A DNA stretch of 35,151 nt, from NCBI GenBank assembly GCA_027451565.1, contig DAIDJC010000004.1:1-35151 (forward strand), written 5' to 3'. Every line of letters begins with the position of its first letter. Positions within the stretch are counted from its first letter, which is position 1. Positions 27,870 through 35,151 of the stretch are shown piece by piece. The notes beneath the pieces were generated by a model. It was not told the origin of the DNA and ran no database searches. It worked only from the letters and a program-made list of their open reading frames with translations. Origin of the DNA: Limisphaerales bacterium. GTDB lineage: Bacteria; Verrucomicrobiota; Verrucomicrobiia; Limisphaerales; UBA11358. The translations under genes were made by a program, and so were the position numbers.

Positions 27870-27937
27870 TTTATTTGGGCAATTTCGCCGCAGGCGGAAT
27901 TTTCAGTAAAATGCCCGGGTGGTTATCGGGCGCAGAA

Positions 27938-29815
27938 TCAGTTTAAACCGGGCGGCCTTGGGGAAAACACGTTAAAATCAATGCCGTTCACCGTGGTGTT
28001 TTCGCCGTACACACTGATGTAAAAATACTTGCCCACGAGATCAAAGTCAGGCAAAAGGGAGAAGTCAAACCAATCATGCATGGCGGGCGGCATCAGGCGA
28101 GATTGAATTCCAGAGACTGGAGTGTTTTTCATCAGTTTGAATGCTGTTTTCAAACTCTCGGCTTGGTTTTCGTACCCCAATAATCCTCCGTGGTCGCCGC
28201 CAATCTGGGCGATGGCATCGGCCAATCCTGGTAAACGGCTCAATGGTTGCGAAGGACCATCGGCGCTTCGGAGGTATTGTTCCAGCATGCCATCGTCCGT
28301 GCTCAGGGCTACGTACACCCCACGGGAGGTGACCAATAGTGGCGGGCCATTCACCAGGGAGCCATCTGGCCTATGGCGGGGATGGGACATGATTGAATAG
28401 ATTTTATGCCCCATGTAATCCCTGGGCTCAGGCGCTCCCTCCTGACTGGACACCATGGCGGCAATCACATTGATGGCCTGAATAACCTGGTCTGGGTGGC
28501 TGACCTTGAACAGTGTCAGGTTGGGTGGATTGGCCAATTGAGACAGTGTGTCCCCCAAGGGTTCCCCCTGGTAGCTGATCAGGTCATCTCCCAAGTTGCC
28601 AATAAGGTAGGAACGAAGGTCAAAACCCGGGTCTTTTTGCTGTGCCGAGGTGTTGGCCAGGTCAATGATGGAGTTCAAATAGGAAAGACCACTGGGTGAG
28701 AAGGAGGAGACGAGCTTTTCCGCAGTGGCCCATGCCTGCTGGCCATCCAGACGAAGTCGGGAAAATTTGACCACATCGGCAGGCACAAAAGACGGCACCG
28801 AGGCATCTCTTTGCGGCAGGGCCAGAAGCGAAACAAGCCCAGAGCGGTTTTCGGCAGGCGCGTTCAAATGGATGTTCAAATGCGACCCATCCATTGACTC
28901 GCGCAAGGTCAGGCTGAGCGACTTCAATGAATCCAATCCCAAGGTCTCAAGGATTTTAACCATGTTTTGGCTGCGGCTGAAGGCCGAAGAATCCTCGCCG
29001 GAATCACTTCCGGATTTTTCAGCCAATTCAACAAGGTGGTGGATATCCATCCATGCAAAGTAGGTGGGTTTGTCACGGAACTGGTTAAGCTGGTCGGAAA
29101 CAAAAATAGGGTTGTCTTTCAAGGCCGGTTCGGAGCCGCCCCGGAGATGACCCACCACGGGTTCCAATGCATACTCCGAATTGCCAGCCACCAGCATGCT
29201 TTGGTATTGGGCCAAATACACCTCGGTGGGAGGTTCCGGCTTGGGCTGGACTCCTATTTCCGAAACTTGCGGACGTTGGGGCAGCAGTGCAGCAAGATCA
29301 TTCGAAGAAAGGGTCAACACCGTGAAATCCACTCCGCGAATCTGCTTGGTGCGCAGGTTGCGTCCGCTATCCCTCCATTTCTTGATCAATGCCGTCAGGT
29401 TGGTGTGGAGGGCATCCGATTGGTCTTTTGCGTCCAAAAGAAACACGAATGCCGGCGGGGCAACCGTTTGTCCAACCGGGGCGGCAGCCATGCCAAAAGT
29501 GAGCTGGCCATGCGGCAGGGTCATGAAGTTTTGCAGGGGTATTCCAACGTTGGCTTGAACCGGCGCCAGAAACTGGCTGTTGATTTTGTCCATGAAGTGG
29601 TCCCGAAACGGTTTCATGGCCGGGTCATTCCAAAACATCAACTGCGGGGAAACCCGGGATGCCTCCCGCAAGGCATCGAAATCAGGAATGGTAAAGACAA
29701 ATAGTGCGTCCTCGGGCAAAAGCGCCTCCGCAGGTGGCATGGCGGCCTGCAATAATGAGCACTTAACAAAACAAAGGATGTAAATTGCCAACAGGATGGG
29801 GCGAAAGGGCGTCAT
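27938..29815 (-). CDS. Large exported hypothetical protein (DUF3352-like architecture)
   Basis: Signal peptide MTPFRPILLAIYILCFVKCSLLQA, then PPAEALLPEDALF; internal duplication suggested by a second PSFVPADV motif and repeated R-x-Y/I-x-G-x-x-I/F segments. Family call tentative. Confidence 0.7.
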   Translation of the reverse strand: MTPFRPILLAIYILCFVKCSLLQAAMPPAEALLPEDALFVFTIPDFDALREASRVSPQLMFWNDPAMKPFRDHFMDKINSQFLAPVQANVGIPLQNFMTLPHGQLTFGMAAAPVGQTVAPPAFVFLLDAKDQSDALHTNLTALIKKWRDSGRNLRTKQIRGVDFTVLTLSSNDLAALLPQRPQVSEIGVQPKPEPPTEVYLAQYQSMLVAGNSEYALEPVVGHLRGGSEPALKDNPIFVSDQLNQFRDKPTYFAWMDIHHLVELAEKSGSDSGEDSSAFSRSQNMVKILETLGLDSLKSLSLTLRESMDGSHLNIHLNAPAENRSGLVSLLALPQRDASVPSFVPADVVKFSRLRLDGQQAWATAEKLVSSFSPSGLSYLNSIIDLANTSAQQKDPGFDLRSYLIGNLGDDLISYQGEPLGDTLSQLANPPNLTLFKVSHPDQVIQAINVIAAMVSSQEGAPEPRDYMGHKIYSIMSHPRHRPDGSLVNGPPLLVTSRGVYVALSTDDGMLEQYLRSADGPSQPLSRLPGLADAIAQIGGDHGGLLGYENQAESLKTAFKLMKNTPVSGIQSRLMPPAMHDWFDFSLLPDFDLVGKYFYISVYGENTTVNGIDFNVFSPRPPGLN

Positions 29816-29926
29816 GATTTGGTTATTTTCAGTTTTCAAACTCGTGTGGAAGAACACCGGATGGAACAATCGCCAACACCGCATTCCCTGGCAATGGCTG
29901 AAAATGCACAAGGCCTGATCTGCCTT

Positions 29927-30886
29927 TCATGGGCTGGTCTGAAGATGGGTTGACGTGCGGCTCGGGGGTTGGAGATACCGATAGGGATTATTGGGGTTGT
30001 CTGTTGAGTAGGCAAAAGCATCCCGATGATCCAGAAAATTTTTCACCAATTCAACCGGGATGGCAAACCCCAAACCCTCCCCGAAAGTGATTTTCATGTT
30101 AGTGACGCCCACCACTTCTCCAGCCAGGTTGAACAGGGGGCCACCGCTGTTTCCCGGGTTGATCTGGGCCGTGGTTTGGAGGTATAGCTCGCCCTCCAAC
30201 TCCCGGGTTTTTGTGCTGATGATGCCCTGTGTGACAGTGCGCTCCAGACCCAACGGACTGCCAATCGCAAACACGGTTTCGCCCACGCTTAAATCATCCG
30301 AACTCCCAAGGCTGACCGCCTTGAAACGTGGCGCATTGTGGTCCTGGATCTGCAGCAGGGCCAGGTCGTGGAATTTGTTGATGGCAATAATTTTAATCTG
30401 CTTGTAGATCTCCCGGTCCAGGTTCCCATCCTTTTGCCGGTACACCTCCACGGAAATTTCAGTTTCACCCTCAATCACGTGAAAATTGGTGATGAGGAAT
30501 CCGTCCGGGTTGATGAAAAATCCAGACCCCAAACCCTCCGGGGTTCTGACCTGGACCACGGCTTCACCAATTTGCTTGACCAGGCTGCTGACATCGTGGG
30601 CCTCGAAAGGCCGGGCTGTTCCATCATAAAACTGACCATGATCCACGGCTGCGGCAGAGGGGACCACTGCTTTTGCCTTTTGGCTGATGACACCCGTGAT
30701 GAAACTCCGGGGAATGACCAAAACGGTGTAGCCCACGTCCACCACCAGTGAATCGGGTTTCTCAGCTAGAATCTGGCCCGTAACGGCTTTTTGGTCCTTG
30801 AGTTGGATTGTGTCACCATGCCCAGCCACCACCCCGCTGGCCAGCAGGGCACAAAGGACGGCGTTTTGTTTCAACGACATTTGCAT
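29927..30886 (-). CDS. Exported trypsin-like (S1C/HtrA-like) serine protease without PDZ domain
   Basis: Signal peptide; GSGF, TNFHV (His), DLALL (Asp), AIGSPLG, QTTAQINPGNSGGPL (Ser), GLGFAIP. Start ATG 30886 or 30880. Confidence 0.92.
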   Translation of the reverse strand: MQMSLKQNAVLCALLASGVVAGHGDTIQLKDQKAVTGQILAEKPDSLVVDVGYTVLVIPRSFITGVISQKAKAVVPSAAAVDHGQFYDGTARPFEAHDVSSLVKQIGEAVVQVRTPEGLGSGFFINPDGFLITNFHVIEGETEISVEVYRQKDGNLDREIYKQIKIIAINKFHDLALLQIQDHNAPRFKAVSLGSSDDLSVGETVFAIGSPLGLERTVTQGIISTKTRELEGELYLQTTAQINPGNSGGPLFNLAGEVVGVTNMKITFGEGLGFAIPVELVKNFLDHRDAFAYSTDNPNNPYRYLQPPSRTSTHLQTSP

Positions 30887-30998
30887 GACTCTAAACCAGA
30901 GATTTGAATTTGACAAGCCGCCAGCCGTTCAAAAAAATCCCGGATTTCGCTTCCGGGATTTCTTTTCACCAGCCATTTGTTAGGGCACACTCCGCCCG

Positions 30999-32075
30999 GT
31001 GATTGACACGCCTGAATCCTTAATCCGTCTCATTGATGCCATTCAAAAAGTTCCCTGGGTGGCCATGGATACCGAGGCAGACAGCCTGCATGCCTATCCT
31101 GAAAAAGTCTGCCTTATCCAGATCACCACATCACTGGGAGACGAACTGGTGGATCCCCTGGCCGGGCTTAACCTGCAGCCGTTTTTGGAGGCGCTCAAGG
31201 CCCATGAATTGATCTTTCATGCCGCTGATTATGATTTGCGGCTCCTCTGGAAGCATCACCGTTTTTTGCCCACCACCATTTTTGACACCATGCTCGCGGC
31301 AAGGCTGTTAGGCGAACGCCAGTTTGGCCTGGGGCACCTTGTCCAAAAGTTTCTGGGCATCACCTTGGACAAAGGTTCTCAAAAGGCGGATTGGGCGCGC
31401 CGGCCACTCACCGAAAAGATGGCTGCCTACGCCCGCAATGACACTCATTTTCTCAAGGACCTGGCGGATGTATTTGGCAGGGAATTAAATGCCAAAGGCA
31501 GGCTCGCTTGGCATCAGGAATCCTGCCAGCGCCAAATCATTGAAGCGTCCGAGCCTTCCGAGGTGGATCCGGAAAAAATTTGGAGAATCAAGGGGAGCGC
31601 TTTTCTGGATCGCCCGGCACTGGCTGTGTTGAGAGAGCTTTGGCGCTGGCGTGAGGGCCAGGCCATCGAGTCCAATCGCCCGCCGTTTTTTATCTTGTCC
31701 CACGAAATCATGGTTGATTTATCGCGTGCTGCCGTCAGCGGCAGTCCCTTGGACCGCCTGATTCCGCAACGCATGCACCCGCGCCGCAGGGAAACCCTGG
31801 CAACGGCCCTTCGAAAGGGCTTGGCAACACCGTCTTCAAACCTGCCTCCCATTTTGCGTCACACATCCAAGCGGCCATCCGAGCAGGAATTTCAGCGTTT
31901 TCGCGAGCTTGAAAAGCACCGGGATCAACAAGCATCGGCGCTTGACCTGGACCCCACCTTGATTGCCAGCAAAGCGGTATTGGGTGATTTGGCGCGTGAC
32001 TGGGATGGGGAATCGCCCAAGTTGATGTCCTGGCAGCGAAATCTGCTCCAAACCCCTCAATTGACCAACCGTTGA
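30999..32075 (+). CDS. rnd: Ribonuclease D (DEDD exonuclease + HRDC)
   Basis: AMDTEADS, CLIQI, FHAADYD, FDTMLAARLLG, DWARRPL, YARND, WREGQA...NRPPF. Confidence 0.93.
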   Translation: MIDTPESLIRLIDAIQKVPWVAMDTEADSLHAYPEKVCLIQITTSLGDELVDPLAGLNLQPFLEALKAHELIFHAADYDLRLLWKHHRFLPTTIFDTMLAARLLGERQFGLGHLVQKFLGITLDKGSQKADWARRPLTEKMAAYARNDTHFLKDLADVFGRELNAKGRLAWHQESCQRQIIEASEPSEVDPEKIWRIKGSAFLDRPALAVLRELWRWREGQAIESNRPPFFILSHEIMVDLSRAAVSGSPLDRLIPQRMHPRRRETLATALRKGLATPSSNLPPILRHTSKRPSEQEFQRFRELEKHRDQQASALDLDPTLIASKAVLGDLARDWDGESPKLMSWQRNLLQTPQLTNR

Positions 32076-32085
32076 TGCGCACCCC

Positions 32086-33288
32086 TTAATTCACCAACTC
32101 GAAGGCGTAACCCTTCAAGTACTCTGTCTCGGGAATCATGGGAATGATGGGGTGATCTGGTGACTGGGAGAAAAATGCCACCTGCCTGAGAACTTTGCGC
32201 GTGTCGTAAGCCGCTGCCAGCACCGTGTCCAGGAACAGCCCTGCGTTGACATGGTGGGAACAGCAAAAGGTGGCCAGCATACCCCCGTGCTTGAGCAGTT
32301 TGAGCGCCCGCAGGTGAATCTCCTTGTAGCCTCGCAGGGCGTCTGGAACAGAGGCGCGGTTCCGTGTGAAGGATGGTGGATCCAGAATGATGGAATCAAA
32401 ACACGGCACCACCTTCTCGTGGGGATTCACCGCCGTCCGCGCTTTCAGCCAGTCAAAGACATTCACCGTCTCGTAAGTGCATTTACCGGCAAGATTGTTG
32501 GCTTCGCCATTTTTGCGCGCTGCTTCAATGGCTGCGGCGCTCTGGTCCAGCATGTGTACGGATTCGCAGCCCGCCCGGGCCGCGTGCAGGCCAAAACCAC
32601 CCAGAAAACTGAAACAATCCAGAGCCCGGCCTCCGCGCGCCAGTCGTGCGGCCGCCTCGTAATTGGACTGTTGGTCCAGATACATTCCCGTCTTGTGCCC
32701 CGCGGCCAAATCTGTTTCAAAAACCAATCCATTCAGTTTGACCCCCACCTTGGTAACCGCCTCGCCGGCTAGCAAACCATTGCTGGGTTCCAAACCTTCA
32801 AATTTTCGAGCGGTGACATCGCTGCGCTCAAGGATGGCGCGCGAATTGAAAATCCTTCCCAGGGCTTCGACGATTAACCCTTTCCTGACTTCCATGCCCA
32901 GGGCCGAGATTTGAACCACCAACACGTCCTCATACTTGTCCACGATCAATCCACTCAAGCCGTCGCTCTCTGAATTCACCACCCGGAAGGAGGTGGCGGC
33001 CGGCATGTGTCGCTTGCGCACATCCAAAGCTTTCCGGATGCGCTCCTCAAAAAAGGCGGCGTCCATCTCCAAACGGTCCGTGGCAATCATCCGCACCCGG
33101 ATTCTGGACTTTGAATTGTGCATTCCCACCCCCAGCAAACGTTGACGATGATCCTTGACCTGAACCAAGGCCCCGTCCTCGGCAGGTTGGGTTTGCCTCA
33201 GAATCTCACCGGAATAAATCCAGGGATGTCCCGCCACAATTCGGTCGGCTTCGCCGGGCTTTAGTATCAATGTTGCAAGGGCTTTCAT
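32086..33288 (-). CDS. Class I SAM-dependent rRNA methyltransferase, RlmI-like (PUA + MTase)
   Basis: GHPWIYSGEI, RVVNSESDGLSGLIVDKY, GHKTGMYLDQ, LDCFSFLGGF, ILDPPSF, TFCCSHH, DHP...PETEYLKG. Start uncertain (33288-33342). Confidence 0.92.
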   Translation of the reverse strand: MKALATLILKPGEADRIVAGHPWIYSGEILRQTQPAEDGALVQVKDHRQRLLGVGMHNSKSRIRVRMIATDRLEMDAAFFEERIRKALDVRKRHMPAATSFRVVNSESDGLSGLIVDKYEDVLVVQISALGMEVRKGLIVEALGRIFNSRAILERSDVTARKFEGLEPSNGLLAGEAVTKVGVKLNGLVFETDLAAGHKTGMYLDQQSNYEAAARLARGGRALDCFSFLGGFGLHAARAGCESVHMLDQSAAAIEAARKNGEANNLAGKCTYETVNVFDWLKARTAVNPHEKVVPCFDSIILDPPSFTRNRASVPDALRGYKEIHLRALKLLKHGGMLATFCCSHHVNAGLFLDTVLAAAYDTRKVLRQVAFFSQSPDHPIIPMIPETEYLKGYAFELVN

Positions 33289-33628
33289 CAGTTTAGATTG
33301 CTTGGGGTTTTCTGCCACGGAGGTGTAGCCCCGCATGCTCACTTAGAATACAGGATTTTTACCCGCCGTCCAAGGGAATATCAGGTCGTCTGCGCAAGTG
33401 CGGACAGGATCGTTGCTCATCCCCATGGGAGTTCGTTTGGCCCCGATGGGATGCCCCGCCGGCGCGTTGAGCCTGACAGAAAAGGACGATGCGAGCGGTT
33501 TCGTGGCGCAGGATTCAAGGATTTAAACATTTACCCGCGCGGTTGATTGAATTGGGTGGCAAAAGATTGCTCCACCATGGTCTCTCCTTTACCAGAGAAG
33601 TTGCGTGGCTGAGATTTTTTAAAAGGTT

Positions 33629-34747
33629 CTAACGCTGAATTTTTATCAAAGCCGCCAGCAATGCCAGCCATTCATCTTCGGTGGTTTCCCAGCCAGCGCT
33701 GAAACGGACGGATCGCACCGCAATGGTGGGCTTGAGACCCATGGCCGATAACACATGGGAGGGGTCTTCCTTCCCGGTTGTGCAGGCAGACCCGGTACTT
33801 ACGGCAAACCCGGCTTTGTCCAGGCGGTTCACCCATTGAAGTTTACGATCGCCATCGGGCATGATCACGGACACCGTGTTCCACAATCTGGGCTGGCTTG
33901 CCCCCACCACCATGGTTCCGGGTAGCTGACGCAAAAGTTCCCGTTCAAAATTATCGCGCCAGAGTTTGCGCAGCAGGTGTTCGCTGCGCCCAATCTGCTT
34001 TTCGCGGGCTTCCAATGCGGCGGTCAGCGCCGCGATGGTGGCCACATTTTCCGTGCCGGCGCGGCGTCCGCCCTCCTGCTTGCCGCCCCACAATAGCGGG
34101 GTGAATTGGCTCCGGTGTGGAATTTTGAGAAACCCCACTCCTCTCGGGCCTCCAAATTTATGGGCGGCTCCAGATACATAATCGCATTGGCCCAGGCCGG
34201 TGCAGGGCATTTTGCCGATGAATTGCACGGCATCTGTGAAAAACGGAACCTCATAAGCCTGGCATATGGCATGAATTTCGCGCCAGGGTTGAATCACCCC
34301 TGTTTCATTGTTGGCAGCCATTACCGCCACCAAGCACGGGCGCTTGTCTGTCATTTCCTGGGTGATCCAATCCACGTCCACGATGCCTTCGGACGTGACG
34401 GGGATCAGTCGGGCGCGTTTGCCAAAATAATGCAGCGCGGAATCCAGTACGCAGGGGTGTTCAATGGCAGAAACCCAAATTTCGGCATTGGCGGGGGATT
34501 TTTGGGCAAAGTGGTGGGTCACCATGTTATTCGCCTCGGTGGCCCCGCTGGTCCAGATGATATCCGCAGGATGACAACCCATGCTGGCTGCAAGCTTTTC
34601 CCTGGAATGGGCCAGAACCACGGCCGCACGGGTTCCAGCCTGGTGCATGGAGGAAGGATTTCCCCCCAGCTTTTCTGTCACGTTCAACCAAGCTTCACGC
34701 GCTTCAGGCATGACTGGCGCCGTGGCATTGTAATCAAAGTAAATCAT
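33629..34747 (-). CDS. Cysteine desulfurase (IscS/NifS-like)
   Basis: YFDYNAT, GNPSS, TSGATEANN, IEHPCV, ANNETG, TDAVQ, AHKFGGP (PLP Lys), RAGTEN, STGSAC (catalytic Cys). Confidence 0.93.
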   Translation of the reverse strand: MIYFDYNATAPVMPEAREAWLNVTEKLGGNPSSMHQAGTRAAVVLAHSREKLAASMGCHPADIIWTSGATEANNMVTHHFAQKSPANAEIWVSAIEHPCVLDSALHYFGKRARLIPVTSEGIVDVDWITQEMTDKRPCLVAVMAANNETGVIQPWREIHAICQAYEVPFFTDAVQFIGKMPCTGLGQCDYVSGAAHKFGGPRGVGFLKIPHRSQFTPLLWGGKQEGGRRAGTENVATIAALTAALEAREKQIGRSEHLLRKLWRDNFERELLRQLPGTMVVGASQPRLWNTVSVIMPDGDRKLQWVNRLDKAGFAVSTGSACTTGKEDPSHVLSAMGLKPTIAVRSVRFSAGWETTEDEWLALLAALIKIQR

Positions 34748-35151
34748 CCGCAGGCAATCATACGTTCCCGGGCGATTCTTGCCAGTTTTTTATGGGCCGC
34801 CGTCAAGGGAAGTTTCTGCAATTGCGACCACGATTTCCACTTGCCTGGAGTGATTTTCCCGGGGTGAGGCGGTGGGCACAAATAAGCTGCCAGGGTGATG
34901 CGGTAGCGGGTGATGGAATGCTGGATGGAGCCCAAAAGCTCCAATTGGAGCGGTGAATACCCCAGGACCAGGCGTGCCATTTCCTGCGGCGACTGGCCTG
35001 ACTCGGATGTCTGGGCATTGGGAAATTCCCAGAGTCCGGGATTGATTCCCATGGCGGGGCGCTGACGCAGACAGATTTGATCACGGTCAGCCAGGACAAA
35101 AGCCATCCAATTTTGGCGAATGGCGGCTGCGCGGGCGGGCAGGGCGGGCAG
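34744..35151 (-). CDS. mutY: C-terminal NUDIX-like domain of the A/G-specific adenine glycosylase MutY (5' part outside window)
   Basis: The frame is open to the window edge; RQRP...GLWEFP, IQHSITRYRITL, LPLTAAHKK match MutY C-termini. Confidence 0.75.
   Translation of the reverse strand: MPALPARAAAIRQNWMAFVLADRDQICLRQRPAMGINPGLWEFPNAQTSESGQSPQEMARLVLGYSPLQLELLGSIQHSITRYRITLAAYLCPPPHPGKITPGKWKSWSQLQKLPLTAAHKKLARIARERMIACG

Noticed and set aside
27829-27892. Palindromic repeats as a mini CRISPR array
   Set aside because: Units are 18 bp separated by only 5 bp, far too short for spacers, and there are no cas genes.
33343-33628. Possible ncRNA or small ORF between the methyltransferase and the desulfurase
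   Set aside because: No convincing stems, repeats or coding motifs seen by eye.

Overview
About 35 kb of moderately GC-rich bacterial chromosome. The gene families and protein signatures suggest Verrucomicrobiota (Pedosphaerales/Limisphaerales-like); this is inference. Most of it is housekeeping: proS, a HIT-phoH-ybeY-DUF502-recO-metallophosphoesterase run, a GnnA-like dehydrogenase with lpxB divergent from plsY-gpsA, a PHP histidinol phosphatase-TMTC-like-thrH-M50 run, rnd, an RlmI-like methyltransferase, a cysteine desulfurase and the 3' end of mutY. Accessory genes are a secreted multidomain GH87-like alpha-1,3-glucanase, a type I pullulanase, a DinB + NRDE pair, a sulfotransferase abutting a YfhO-like GT-C protein, and a PDZ-less S1C protease next to a large exported protein. 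The best structure not shown by the ORF track is a 680-bp internally deleted IS4-like element (6838-7517). It has terminal inverted repeats, an imperfect 11-bp target duplication, a collapsed transposase and a divergent DUF6788-like pseudogene, and it splits the DUF502-recO junction. Also seen: tandem 18-bp palindromes with 23-bp period upstream of the sulfotransferase, and a nested-stem non-coding element at ~19.4 kb. No rRNA, tRNA or CRISPR array was recognised, and no clearly new multi-gene system can be established from the sequence alone. All family assignments are by motif recognition, not database search.
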